Assembly (NCBI GenBank): GCA_030704615.1
Contig: CM060734.1
Coordinates: 47,120,001 to 47,184,000 of the forward strand
Length of the DNA: 64,000 bases
DNA from: Takakia lepidozioides
Taxonomy: Eukaryota > Plantae > Bryophyta
Reading direction: 5' to 3'
A program made the translations under genes and the position numbers. The number at the start of each line of letters is the position of its first letter. Position 1 is the first letter of the stretch. Under the pieces are notes generated by a model. That model was not told where the DNA came from. It searched no databases and saw nothing but the letters and a program-made list of their open reading frames with translations. Positions 1-13,504 of this stretch are shown in pieces.

Positions 1-313
1 CGAGCACGGGTCGGGGGGCGGAACCCGCGAGAAGGAGAACGGGTGGGAGGGGCGGGGGAAAGGAAGGGGATTCCTCTTGCGATCTCGCGGGTCATCGCGC
101 CCGTCCACCATCGCTGCGAGAAGGAAGCTGGAGCTGGAGGTGGGGCTGGTGAGAAAGAGTCTAGTGCGCAAAAGAGAGAGAAACCGTGGGGAGAGATGGA
201 ATATCGGGTTTTGAGCAGTTGGTAGCTTGATTTGAAGGTTCTCGGTGCGGCATGTGCTTGTGAAACAGGTTTGGGTGTGAAGGAGAACGGTGGATGCGCC
301 AGGATCGGGAAAC

Positions 314-3300
314 ATGGAGATCCATGATGGGGGGCCGCCCTCGACAGTACCTGAGGATTTTGTGCCAGAGAATTCTTCGACAGGGGAAGTGCGAGCGGCT
401 GAAGCTGAGAAATCCAAGAGTCGGGCCGTCTCAGACGCAGATGATGAAGAAGACGTGTGTCGAATTTGCAGGACGCCTGGGGAGGATGATTCCCCTCTCT
501 ATTATCCGTGTGCATGTAGCGGCAGCATTAAGTATGTTCATCAGGAATGCCTTTTGCAGTGGCTAAGTCATAGCAATGCCCGGCAGTGCGAGGTACGTGT
601 TGTACGTATTACTCATATTGTTATATAGGTGTCACTGTGCCACGGAGGGGCAGGGATTCGTGAAACATATTCAACTTGACATAACAGATTTTGTCAATTG
701 TGAAGCTGAAATTGATTAACTTCTGCCTCCAGGTGAGGCAGAGGGAGGGGAAGACGAGAGAGACGTTGAAATTCATGACAAAAGTTTGATTCTATGCTGT
801 CCCAGCATGCCCAGGTCTCCTCAAAGGGGCAGTGATTCTCATGGATATTCTCTAAGCCAGCTTTGCTGCTGTGCATGGGCTGTGTGTGGCGTCCTCTTTG
901 ACGTCTGGCCAGCAGAGGCTACAACTGCATGAATTCTGCCAGAGTGAACCCTGTAACTAAGGCCAGAGATGTTTCCATGTCAATCTACTACGTGGGTTAG
1001 CAGCCATGGGATTCCTATCTGATGGAAGAATGGTCCTAGAGCAAGAAGTACTTGCAGAGACTGAATGGCATTGCCCTTATTATGCGATGCATGGCTTTTG
1101 CTCAGTCCTTCCTTATATAACTGTCTTATGTCAGGGACTTCAGATTAGGTCTAAGACTTGAGTGTATCCATTAACGTTTTTGTTCAAGTGGAAGTGACCG
1201 AGGGCCGGATATTGCATTTGGGCAATTTAGTTTAGGTCTAACCTCGTGGCTAGACAATCTTTACGCACAGCAGTTGGAAGCTCTTCAAAGTGGTAGTATT
1301 CCTGGTTTCCAGCTGAAGGAGTGGCTACTACTAGGGCCTTCTCATAGATGAAAAAAATAAACCTTTAATTTTGAAGCAGTTAAAGAAGTCTATGGGATTC
1401 TTGGTTCTCCTTTGCTAACCCTGCTAAGAAAGGATTAGAGATAAGGCTGGTCTGCACATTATGGAATCCAGACCCTGCTATTCCTTGCTCAGTTTGCCTC
1501 TAGAGTATTTACCCTGCCCATATCCTGGTTTTCTGTGAGGTTCTTCTACTCGCTGTCGTGTAGGTCTGAAGGATGAGTAGTATGCATACTATCTGGGTTT
1601 CTCCACATTATGAATTTGGGAATGAGTTCCTGGATAAGGTCATGGTTCTAAACATTGATTTATGTGTGCGTTTATATGTGTGTAGGTGTGCAAGCACCCG
1701 TTTTCTTTTTCTCCAGTTTATGCAGATAATGCGCCAGCCATGCTCCCCTTCCAGGAGCTGGTGCTGGGCATGACAGTTAAAGCCGGGAGGGGTGCACGTT
1801 TCTTTGTTCGTCTAGCATTTGTGCTATCTGTCTGGCTTTTATTCATCCCCTTCACGACTTTTTGGATATGGAGGTTCACTTTTGTGCGGAGCTTTGCTCA
1901 GGCTCAGCGCCTGTTCCTCAGCCGCTGTTCACCCGGTCTGCTACTCACGGATTGTTTGCATGGATTTCTGTTGTCAGCGGGAATCGTCTTCATCTTTTTG
2001 GGTGCTACTTCACTACGAGAGTATTTTCGGCATTTGCGGGAGATAGGGGGAGCACATGAAGGTGATCGTGAGGAGGAAGGGGTAGTTGTGGACCGGGGGT
2101 TGGCTGGGAGGGCAGGAAGGCGGCTAGGCCAAGTGGTGGCTGCAGGGAGGGGGGCTGCTGCAGCAGATGGACAACCAGCCCCAGTTCCAGGCATTGCAGG
2201 CAATGGTGAAGTTGCAGTAGCGCCCCATCAGGGTCTGGCAGCTGGGGCTGGTCAGTTATTTAGAAGAAATGCTGAAAATGTAGCTGCCCGGTTGGAGATG
2301 CAAGCTGCACGCCTGGAGGCCCATGTAGAACAGATGTTTGATGCAGTTGAGGATGTGGATGGTGCTGAAGATGTGCCTTTTGATGAGCTAGTGGGAATGC
2401 AAGGTCCGGTCTTCCACCTGGTTGAGAATGCTATCACGGTAAGGGAAACCACAGTTTACTTGCACCAATAGATCACGTAGTATTGTTACCTGAGTTTGTC
2501 TTGACAGTAATGAAATTTATAGGGCTGTATGAAATATTGATGATTGGTAGCTAAGAATAGAGTGTGCTGTTTCACAGAGATTGTCACTGTTGCAGCTCTA
2601 GTGTGACCTTTCCTGACGTTCAAGTCTCTTGAGTGCTGCACCTACCAGGTCCCACTAATGATTGGACACAAGGTAGGATCAAGTAGTTATGAAAATGTTT
2701 GAATGCTAGACAAGATGGTCAATGCCCAAAGCCAAGGTAAGTCGATGGAGCTTCTCCTGTCAATGATGGTGAGCTCCATTTCCTACCCAATAATCTGGAA
2801 AATCCTGCAGTGTGGTGAGGGTTTTGAGGTTGCATGCAAAGTTGTGATTGGAAATCACAGGTTGGGAAAACATCTGTTGAAGTACATGGGTGGTTGGTGG
2901 CTTTCAGGTTTTGGCCAGCAATGCAATTTTCTTGGGCCTGGTGGCTTTGGTTCCATTCACACTTGGTCGTTTAGTATTGTCCATTGCATCAAGGCTGGTG
3001 GTTGTCACAGGCAGCGCAAGTGCCATAGCAGCATCAGCACTTACAAACATCACAGCTACCAGTGAGTTTGGACTGAATGCTTCCTCCCCAGCATCTAATG
3101 GCATGAACTCACATCCCAGTTCCTATTTTGCTGGAAAAGACAGAGTGGAAAGCAACAGCAGCTTGTTTAATTTTCTGATCGGAAGTGGACTCAGTGGGTT
3201 TTCCTCTGAAGTGGATGGTCTGGCGGTGGGGAGTGCCATTGATGCCACGACTGATGCAATGATAGCTGCACTAAGACTTTCTGATGCTGCAACAGTTGCC

Positions 3301-6300
3301 GTTGGCTATGGTGTTATCCTGCTTGCATTGAGTCTCTACCTGAGCCTCATAGCTCTTATTAGATACAGTCGGGGGGAGCCAATGACTGTTGGACGTATTC
3401 ATGGGGTTGCTTCAATGGCTGAAGCTGCACCATCAGTGGCCAGGCAGATAATGGCGGGTGTGAAATACATGGCGACAATGTTAAAAGTGGCATTTCTATT
3501 AGTGATTGAGCTAGGGCTTTTCCCTCTCTTGTGCGGGTGGTGGCTGGATGTCTGCACTCTTGGGATGCTTGAGGTCACCATAGTGCAGCGAGTGGCCTTT
3601 TTACGGTCATCTCCCCTCACGAGCTCCCTGCTCCACTGGCTCCTTGGAATTGTGTATATGCTTCAAATCAGCATCTTTGTTAGCCTCCTCCGAGAGGTAG
3701 TCTTCTTCATGTTTCAACCCTAGTATGCTTTGAGCTTGGCGTTCCATTTCTCATCTGTCATGGCTTGGACTTCCTTGAATTTAGTAGCAGCAGAGTTTGT
3801 TACTCCTCGTATGTACTCTGTCTCCCTTTTCTTTCTCCCTATCTTCCAGTACTGGTCCAGAGTGCAACTTCAAAATTTCCTTGACCTAGACATAACCGGG
3901 TTTTGTCTATCAGGCCTCATTTCTTGTCAGCCTAAAGTTTTTGTTCGGTGCTTGTACGCAGGTGCTTCGACCTGGAGTTCTGTATTTTCTACGGGACCCT
4001 GCTGATCCAAACTACAACCCATTCCGGGATCTAATTGATGACCCTATACACAAGCATGCACGCCGTGTGCTCCTGTCGGTTGTGGTTTATGGCAGCCTCA
4101 TTGTTATGCTGGTCTTCTTACCTGTTCATCTTGCCGTCTCTGTTGTTCCTCACGTGTTTCCTCTGGATATAAGGTGACTAACCCTAAACCTGTTTTAGTT
4201 GTGCACATTGTGCATTTTTTCTCTGTTTCTGAAAGGGAGGGGGTTTGTACTCTCATTTTTAGGAATATTTGCAGGTCTGGCTGTGAACTTTTCTAATTCC
4301 AGCAACTCATGCCGTTGTGTAGGGTCTCAGACCCGTTTACAGAGATACCAGCTGACATGCTTTTGTTCCACATCTGCATCCCATTTGCTGTGGAGCACTT
4401 TCGACCTCGGGCAACCATCAAAGCTGTGCTTTTCCATTGGTTTTCAACAATTGGTTGGACTTTGGGCCTTTCCAAGTTCCTCCTTCCTGGACCTGAGAAT
4501 ACAATTGGTTACAACCATCCTAATAACCAGAGACGAGAAAGAGGGGTGCGGGTACCAGATGAGGTACATGGCGCTATTTTGGAGGTCAACCCGGTGAGAG
4601 CAGGCGTGGTACAGAACCAGAATAGTTCTCCATCAGCAGTGAATGAAGTGGTTGGGGATAATACAGTTTATGGAGTTGAGGCAACTGATGCAGAAGAGTA
4701 AGTTTTGTCTCTGTGCTGGAATTTCACAAGTTTTATTTGTGCATTCCCCAACAAGAGATCCACACTTCAACAGAAACTTGAGCTTGGAAGTTGTTGTAGT
4801 CCATGGTGCTCATTTGGGATGTCATGAGTAGCAGGTACAAGTTTGCAGTGCGGATTGTGTTGCTTTTACTGGGGGCGTGGGTGACGCTTTTGTTGTTCAA
4901 TACAACAATGTTGCTGCTGCCTGTCTCCCTTGGACGTGCTATATTTGCCTCTTTTTCACAGCTCCCAATGACTCGTGGTGCAAAATGCAATGGTGCGTAA
5001 AAAGATGCCCCTTGAGTGCCATATGGCAATATGTTGGTCTATTTGGGAAGGCAAATGTGTTCCTGCAAATTGGTGCCAGGATTATGTCTCAGACATCAAA
5101 TGACCTTGATTTGGCAGTCAGTATTGGAAGGTAGTCAGAGTTCCACTCATTATAGAGCATTGTTTCAGTAACAAGGGTATCCAAATAATGTTTGGACTTT
5201 TGGACTGATTTTTGGCTGTTTTCCATGGAACAGATCTGTATGCATTCAATATTGGTTGTTACGTCTTGTGGGCAACAGCTGCAGCAGTGCGATACGTGGT
5301 GGATTACTTGCAAACTCATGATGTCTGTGTACTTCTAAGGCAGGTGCTCAAGTGGTCAGCCATCATCATCAAGAGCATGGTGTTACTGACCCTTTGGGTG
5401 CGGATCGAATCACTCTGCTTTGGTGCTCTTTGTGACGTTCTCAATTCATCCTGATTTTTGGTATTTTAAAATTGTTGATTCTCTGTGGACATCTTCCGGT
5501 CGAAACAGTTTCTAGACGTCAGAACTGTTATGTCTGTAGGAGGGATCAGGGCTGGCCTCTACAGAGGGGTTAGTTCTTGGACGCCCCTGTCATGTGCTGG
5601 TGGCCTGTTCATGATAAGTAGCTGTTGCAATTTTGTTTGAATTTGACCAATAGTCCACCTCTTTTGATGGATGCACACTTCTACCTTTGGATTTTTTTTC
5701 ATTGCGAAGGTCCCTTGAAAATCTAACCTGGTCGGCCTATGGATCGTATTATCATATAACATGCCCTTTTGACAAACTGACTTCAATTCAAATTGTTGCT
5801 GTCTGGATTTGTGACAGATTGTGGTGATCCCTGTGCTGATTGGTCTTCTCTTTGAACTTCTGGTGGTTGTACCCCTGCGAGTGCCTGTGGATGAGAGCCC
5901 AGTTTTCCTGCTCTATCAGGATTGGGCATTGGGACTTGTGTTTCTGAAGATTTGGACCAGACTGGTATCCTCTTCTCCCTCTCTTTGTGGTTGCTCCATG
6001 GGGGCCTGATGTTGTGGTTGCCAGAGAAGTCTGTCACTGCCATAATTGTCTTACTTTTAACATAAGCCTTGGTGGACCAACAGTGACCCTTGTTATATTT
6101 GTCATGGGCAGTTGGAGTGCTCAGAATCTTTTTCTCTGCAAAATTTAAGCATACACTCCTTGGGAGTGAATTGGAGTTCTGGATGATAAATTGGAGTTCT
6201 GGATGGTTTTTATCTTATACTTTAAAAGAGACCAACTGTCACTGAGGCTTGGAGTGAACATGAATTTTGGCCAGGTCATGCTCGGGCAGATAATGCCACT

Positions 6301-7118
6301 GGTTGATGACAGCTGGCGTGTGAAGTTTGAACAAGTCCGCTCTGATGGATTTTCTCGCCTGCGTGGATGGTGGGTGTTCAGTGCAATCATTGCCCCCATT
6401 CTGACCCGTTTATTGACGTCACTCTGTGTGCCCTATGTCTTAGCGCGTGGGATATTTCCTCTCTTTGGTTATTCCCTCATCATCAATTCTGCGGTCTATC
6501 GTTTTGCCTGGTTGGGTTGCCTGCTACTTGGGCTTCTTTGGTATTGCACAAAGCGGTTACATAGGTGGTTGTTGGACCTTCACAACTCCATCCGCGATGA
6601 TCGCTATTTGGTTGGCCGACGGCTGCACAACTTCGGGGACAGGAGAGCTGGTACACTGGCAAGGTTACCGAACTCACAAACGGCAGGTGGGTCTTTTCTT
6701 TTCCAGGTGGGGTGGTTCCTTGCTACATTGGTTGGAGGATTGAGACGTGTTTTCTTTCTCCTTGTGTCCATACTAGATGGATGTCAGAGAACAGTAGATT
6801 GCTTGTGTGTTGAGAACCTTGTTTTCTTATGAAGTGTCATTGAAATTGTACTTATGTTCAGGTCTAGAAGGTGAGGTAGAAGGCGCTGTCGAACACAACG
6901 GAACCTCCATGATCTCCCATTTGACTCCGCCAGGTAGTAGCAAAGCCACAGTTGACGTTGCGAGCACAGCAGAGACAAGGGACGATGCCCAAGGGGATTC
7001 TCGAGAAGCACAGCTTGCCCCTGCAATCCAAGAATGGGACAGAAAGGGAGTGACAGGCGGCGGCCCATTGCGGTTTCGCCATGTGGGGCATGCCTCGTCT
7101 AGTACTAGCAGCCTATAG
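314..7118 (+). CDS. SUD1: Multi-exon RING-CH (RINGv) ER-membrane E3 ubiquitin ligase, SUD1/ECERIFERUM9/DOA10/MARCH6 family
   Basis: Exon 1 has [38 protein letters not shown], continued by [12 protein letters not shown]. Other conserved blocks: [69 protein letters not shown]. About 10 GT-AG exons at approximately 314-592, 1686-2438, 2908-3696, 3962-4172, 4323-4696, 4835-4992, 5233-5397, 5818-5964, 6274-6686, 6862-7118. Confidence 0.93.
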
Positions 7119-7871
7119 CTTTTACTCTCAGGATAGTTCCACTGGCTGACAGTGGTCAGGCTCTGGTTGCATGTATTGTACAGTTTTAGTTGTACCAGGT
7201 GTTCTTGGCCATTTCCGTACCTGGAAAGTGTGAGAGATTACTCCGCAATTTCCCTTGGTATTCTTTTCAATTAGTAAAGAACAGCCTGATATAGAGAGAG
7301 AGGGCTTTGGATACTGTTTGCAACGCTTCCTAGGTCTAACCCTAGTTAGAGCAGCCATCCATTGTTGGACTTCGCCAGGCCATCATGCTTCGGAGAAAGG
7401 GAGGAAGGAACACAGTGGTAAAAGAGAGTATCAAGTAGGTAGGCAAGCTTCCCTAAATTTATTTCATTTTTCCTTTTGTAATATTATGTTTCTGGGGATG
7501 GTCCACTGTCATCCTGAAGCAGGACAGGGGTGTCCATCCTCAATGTACTCTACAGAGAGTGATGAACGGGAAGAATGAGAAGAGATGGATATCGAAGGTA
7601 TACTACCATGGCTTTGTGTGTGAATAAGAGTGCAAAGGGAGTGGATTGTTGGTACCTCAATGTCTTTCTCAAACCAGAGAGCTCTGGGTTCTTTCATGGC
7701 CTCCCAAGTTATGTTGCAATACTGGAATCCAAAGAAAAGAAATAAATCCAAATATCCACTGTTTCCTTTTATCCTATGCAATGTTAATATAAAACATTTC
7801 CGATGTAGTTCACTGTAGCTGTGCTGTATACAACCATCCGCACTGCACACAAAGGCTTCTCACAAGAGGCA

Positions 7872-8343
7872 CTAGGCGTACTGCCCATGCAGTGGAGGGC
7901 ACCGTTGGTACATTTCGGCACCCTTGAGCTTCTCCTTGGCGGCTAGGGAATTCCAAATAGGCCTCGATGTGAAATGCAGCGCAATTCACTTGATCAGATG
8001 CCAATTCAATTGAATTGCGATGCCAATTCAATTGAACTAACCCTAATTTGCAATTCAATTGAATTGCCACTTCGCAATTCGCCAGTTGGCAATTCAATTG
8101 AATTGTAATCTATAATTTTTAACGCAGTTTTGTATATAATATATATAATATATATAATATATTATCATGTGTATGTATATGTATATGTATCGTATACACA
8201 TATACATACGAGAGTATAAGATGAATATACATGCTGGCCCGTCTATTCCTGCTGCCCGTCCATCCTTTGCTTGTGGTAAGGCCTAAGTCACGACATGAGT
8301 CGCGTACCCTAAAGGAGAGATATATACTACACATATATACTAG
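7872..8343 (-). mobile_element. Short non-autonomous Helitron-like element, copy 1
   Basis: About 400 bp is shared, in inverted orientation, with 12668-13023. On the minus strand it ends in GCCC..GGGC (hairpin), a short spacer and CTAG|T, like a Helitron 3' end. It contains repeated CAATTCAATTGAATTG palindromes and AT microsatellite. Confidence 0.55.
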
Positions 8344-8345
8344 TC

Positions 8346-8592
8346 GAGGTATCGTCATTAGGTTGTAGCCCTGTTTGATATATCTACAGAGGTATAGTAT
8401 TTCATTTTACAAGAAAAGTTGGCCAAATTAATCTATATTTATGCGGAGGTATCGTCATGAGACAGTAGCCCTGTTTAGTATACCACCAGAGGTATAGTGC
8501 ATGACTTACAAAGAAACCTGGTCAAATCAGCCTATATGCAAGTTGAGGTATGGTTATGAGGTAGTTGCCCTGTTTAGTATACCTACAAAGGG
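8346..8592. repeat. Diverged ~100-bp tandem repeat, ~2.5 units
   Basis: GAGGTAT(C/G)GT..AT..G..GTAGCCCTGTTT..TATA..C.ACA recurs at about 8346, 8446 and 8545. Confidence 0.7.
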
Positions 8593-8997
8593 ATTGGCAA
8601 CGTACGCATTCTTATCTCTGTTTTTATCCCAGTCCTGGCTTGTTAGATTCTACAGCTGTTCATCGCGTAGCACTTGGCTACATGATGTCTATTGTTTCTG
8701 GTTTACTCAATAAGAAGAGTGGGATAGAAATGTCAAGTGAGTTTTTCATGGTACGTGTCATGGTTGGGTGGACAGGAAGAGGCCAAGGAAGAGGCAGCAG
8801 CAGAGCTGACACATTTGGTAAGGCAACCGTGTCCATCCTGAGTATGAATGATGCTGCACCCTCGGAAATACAAGATCCTTCAAGTAAGTTCAAAGAGCTT
8901 TCTTCTCTTTCTGGTGTGCTGGATATGTATGCGGAGGACAACTAATATCACCTTAGGTGCCAAGGCAGAAACAAACAACCAAACCCTATTTCATTTC

Positions 8998-9033
<36 letters not shown>

Positions 9034-9036
9034 TTT

Positions 9037-10535
9037 CTCCCTATCCTCTAGGAAGCCTATTGACATTGGGTGGACTTGAAACGGGAGTACATTAATGTCT
9101 CTGTCACTAAATGCCGGCCTTCTGACCTCGTGTCCTTGTTTGTTTCGACCTTAAGCGTTTTGCTTCAGGTAAGGTAGTGCATTGGATTTAGTTGGAAAGC
9201 TTGGGGCCTTTCCCTCTTTAGAATATGCCTACACGGGCCATTCCCTGCAACTCCCTGGAGTGTGATCTCTGAATGGTAACAAGCGAACTCCTACCGCTTG
9301 GGGGCAGCTCCTCCGCCCAAATTGGGCAGTCGTATGCTCTGTCTAGCATACTCGGCACACTTGGGCTCGGGTTGGTTCCTGTGCTTAAACTTATGGCCTG
9401 CGAAAAAAAAAATCAAAAATTTAGCTCCTATCAACATCAACACTCCTCAGGTGATCCCTCACAAGTGGTTACTTATGCCAAATCTAGGGCTTCATGAGTA
9501 GTTTTTGGGGTGAATCCCAGGATGGACGATGTGTTTTAAAACTACATGCTCTACCTTAGGCTTGGATTTCATGGTTAATGGTACCATCTCGAGACTTGAT
9601 AACAGGGGTACGTTGAAGATTGCAATGACCAAAAGTGCTTCTAATAGAGTCCCGCATCAATTCAATCTCAAAGAAGTTCGTTCGTGATTTCTTGTTTGAC
9701 AATTGTGAAATTATCAACAAGGGTTTGAGGTACGAGCATAGTATCTGGCTAAAACTGAATTTGAAGGGCGGCATGAGTACTCTGCTGGACCTCTTTGTCC
9801 GTTGTGTTTACATGCCCACAGAGGGGACCCTGTGTGCTGACGCAGACAAGGCCTCACAAGTTTTGAAGCTGGACTGTGCTTCGTTCCTTGCCAAAGGTCA
9901 GGTGGTACTATTGGGGGACTTCAATGCCTGGGTGGGCAAAGGGATCCATCAGGACGACATCATTGGACCTTTTGGTGAGGACGAGCTGAATTCTAATGGC
10001 AAACGGTTAATTAACTGTCTAGAAGAGCTTCAGCTTTTGACCTTGAATAACAGGACAAGAGGTGACCAAGTGCAGTGGACTCGTGAGAAAACCCCAAACT
10101 GGGGAACGTTCCATTGTGGACTATATCATAATGGACAAAATTTTGTTCCCCCAGTGTGCCGATGTGTTGATCGACAGAACTGATATTGGTACCTCTGACC
10201 ACTTGCTGGTTTGGACTGACATCAAAAGGTGTTTTCCCACCACCAAGAGATCTGTGAAACGTTCGATTCGGAAGTGGCGCATAGAAAAATTCCACAATGA
10301 GGAGGTCAAGGCTGAGTACGTCCAGCCCTTGCAAGAGGCTCTCCCTCATTTTGTCCAATCGCTCCAAGAACTTCAGTCACGCTCTGTTAACGCAATAAAT
10401 GAAGTCGAAAGAGCAGTGGACTCTTGGGAGAGTTTCGTTTCCTCCGTGGCTGACAAGATCATTGGGAGGAAACTAATTGTCTACGGTAGAGCTGTTAATT
10501 GGTGGACTAATGAGATTAAACTCAAGATAGCTGAG
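9037..10535 (+). mobile_element. Non-LTR retrotransposon copy A: 5' UTR and endonuclease, internally deleted and 3'-truncated
   Basis: Near-identical to 26282-28607 except for an ~840-bp internal deletion (junction AAAGAAGTTC|GTTCGTGATTTC). APE motifs LLGDFNA, IVDYII and SDHL. Preceded by (TC)15 at 9001-9030. Confidence 0.9.
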
Positions 10536-12101
10536 GCAGTCGATGCTTCAGGATGTGGCCGATCTAGACCTTTGTGACTATGTGGTTGGTTTTAGGCCAG
10601 TACACAGTGCCTTCAACCAGCTCTTATATCTATTTGACCTGGAGTTTCGGTTTAGGGGCATCAATTTAATCAATTTTACTCACACTGAGAACCAAATTTT
10701 GAGTAACCAGTCATATTGCAGACTTAAATTAATTTAAATCTCAGTGATTGAGTGAGTGAGTCCACGGCAATGCCTGGATACATGAGAAGTTGACCTGCAT
10801 TTTGTTGTTTTCCATTTCTTGCAACTTTTGGAATTTGAATATGGTCCTGGACGACCATCCGATCTGCTTCCTTCTTTTCATAGCCCTGTGTTTTTATTTT
10901 GCTCGTGTTGTTTGCAATCTGAGTATCCCGCAACAAAGAGGAAGATTTAAAGAACTTAGTTGATGAATTATGTTCTGCATGATTCCCACATCTGAGGAAC
11001 AACGGAATCACCAGTCATGAAGCAGGTTAGAGGTCTGCTACAAGTGGTCACTTGCGTATGGGCTAATATGGACTTGGTAGTGATCTTCCTGTGCAGACCG
11101 TTGTCCATGTGCTTTTCAATCAATCTGCGGTTCCAGTACAGAAAGAATGTAGAGGTATTGACCACAAGGGGAAGCAATATAACTTGGCATAGGGGCTGAT
11201 ATGGACTTGACATTGATCTTCCATGTGCACACCTCTCTCCATGTGCTGCTCATCCACCACTCTACCCACTGCCTGCGTATCGCTGGTTTGACTAAGTGAC
11301 TGGTCACTAGAACACCAGTCACACCTTTATAGGAGTGGGCATGTGGCTTGCAAGTGTTGGGCTGTCAATAACAAACCCACTACAACGTTGCACTACAACC
11401 ATAATCTCATCACTATTGTAGAACTTAGCATTCATGCTTTCGATTCCCACTCTAGCCTTTCAAATTCCTCAACTTCCATTCAGCATCCCATGAACCCCAC
11501 ATGCAGCCCGAGTGTTATTACAAGCACGTTATGTGCTTTGGTAAATACTGTTGTTGGAATGAGGCAAAGCCCTCAAACCTTGGCCAAATGTTTATGCAAA
11601 CCTCCTTAAACTACTTGTGAGCTAAATGGGTTTGATGTGCATGCCAGGGCTAGCTCCATCATTTTTGGGGGACCCTTTGGGAGACAGATGGCTTACTCAC
11701 AAGTGCTTCAGCTTCCTCTGATTCACTGGCAAAAGATATATGGCTACCTCTGAAAGAAACAAACAATTCAAACCTCACAATTGATGAATGGCTTCCCCTG
11801 CATCATCATGTACTCCCCTGGCACTAGTATCTGGCCCCCATGACACAACCCCAGAGAAAACAAAGACATGTTCATTTCGAGAATTATCTCCAATAATCTT
11901 GTTTCGATACCCTTGCAAAGGTATCATGTTGCAAATTGGGCTGTGTTCGATAGAGAGTTTAATTATCAACTCTTAGACGTTGATACTCTTACAGTGGATC
12001 ATGTTTGGTATATGTACATAGCCATATATTGGCACTATAGGGCTTGGCAGTATGAAATTGGTTAGTGTCTCAAGGTGCAGATGAAACATGCTAACATATT
12101 T

Positions 12102-12196
12102 AGATTGTAAGCAACACCCACCAGTCAAACTCATCCTTAGAAGAGATTAGATTGTAAGCAACACCCTACCAGTCAACTCATCCTTAGAAGAGATTG
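12102..12196. repeat. ~47-bp tandem duplication
   Basis: AGATTGTAAGCAACACCC..ACCAGTCAA(A)CTCATCCTTAGAAGAGATT occurs twice. Confidence 0.85.
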
Positions 12197-12667
12197 GTGC
12201 GCAGGCTATCCTAAAATGTATTAGCAAACCACAGTACACAGTGTGGGCAGGTTGAAGACAAACCATGTGATCAAGCTCTTTCTTTCAGTGTATGTGTTGA
12301 GGAGCGTTTGGTAACCCACTCTACTACCCCTAAAGTTCTCTCCTCAAAACTCATGAGTCACCTGCACGTACACAAGAACTACAGCTTTAGCTAAAATGAT
12401 ATCTTTATCAATGATTGGGGAAACTCATGCCAATATGGGAATGTGTTTACTCATGGGCAGATCTTGTCATTTGGTGATCCAAGAAGGCTTCCATCATACA
12501 TAGCGCCACCACCGCTCCACCACCGCTCAACCCTAAACTTGTTGTTGCATTCTTCTCTCGTTACTTCTCGTCCTCCAACTGATTTGATCCTTTCACTTTT
12601 AGGGCACCTCTGCCCTAAAAACCCTTCATCACTTCATTTCTCTCTCCCTTTCCCCTCTCGCTCTCTC

Positions 12668-13023
12668 TCTAGTATATATCTCTCCTTTAGGGTACGCGAC
12701 TCATGTCGTGACTTAGGCCTTACCACAAGCAAAGGATGGACGGGCAGCAGGAATAGACGGGCCAGCATGTATATTCATCTTATACTCTCGTATGTATATG
12801 TGTATATGATATATATACATATACATACACATGATAATATATTATATACAAAACTGCGTTAAAAATTATAGATTACAATTCAATTGAATTGCCAACTGGC
12901 GATTCAATTGAATTGCAAATTAGGGTTAGTTCAATTGAATTGGCATCGCAATTCAATTGAATTGGCATCTGATCAAGTGAATTGCGCTGCATTTCACATC
13001 AAGGCCTATTTGGAATTCCCTAG
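12668..13023 (+). mobile_element. Short Helitron-like element, copy 2 (lacks the 3' hairpin end)
   Basis: Reverse complement of about 7940-8330. The ORF track gives identical spurious translations (SIYLSFRVRDSCRDLG...) on opposite strands. Confidence 0.6.
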
Positions 13024-13504
13024 GCGGCAACACCACACCATTTAGAAGACTTTTCTTAGTCAATCCCATGCCTTTGCATTTTGAAGACAAACATCCTAAC
13101 CTCTGCTGGTCATCCTCCCATTGGTTTCATTGGAAAAACATGCCCTTTACATAATTCGTACAGTCCATTCAGTCCAGAACGTATCAAGAATATTCTATTA
13201 CATGCACAGAATATGCCAAAATTGAACTTCCAGACTAGTTTTGTTTGCCAACCATCCATCCATCTGGATGTTCACGCAGAGGTGGGTCACATGCAGTTGG
13301 CCACCTGCAGTGACGATCGATCAGTTCACTGCAGCTTGTCTTGCTTGCACTGCCCTTCTGGCTTTCGCAATTGACCCAACTACCCCACTCTCTCACACCT
13401 TTCTGGCAGCCACCTTCCTGGGCACACATTTCTCTCACTCTCTTTTTCACACAAATTACACACTGTAGACCAATACAGTATTGTGGAGCTGAAGTTTGAA
13501 CGTG

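Noticed and set aside
8565-8945. Overlapping 126-aa (+) and 87-aa (-) ORFs
   Set aside because: No recognisable motif or clear splice context.
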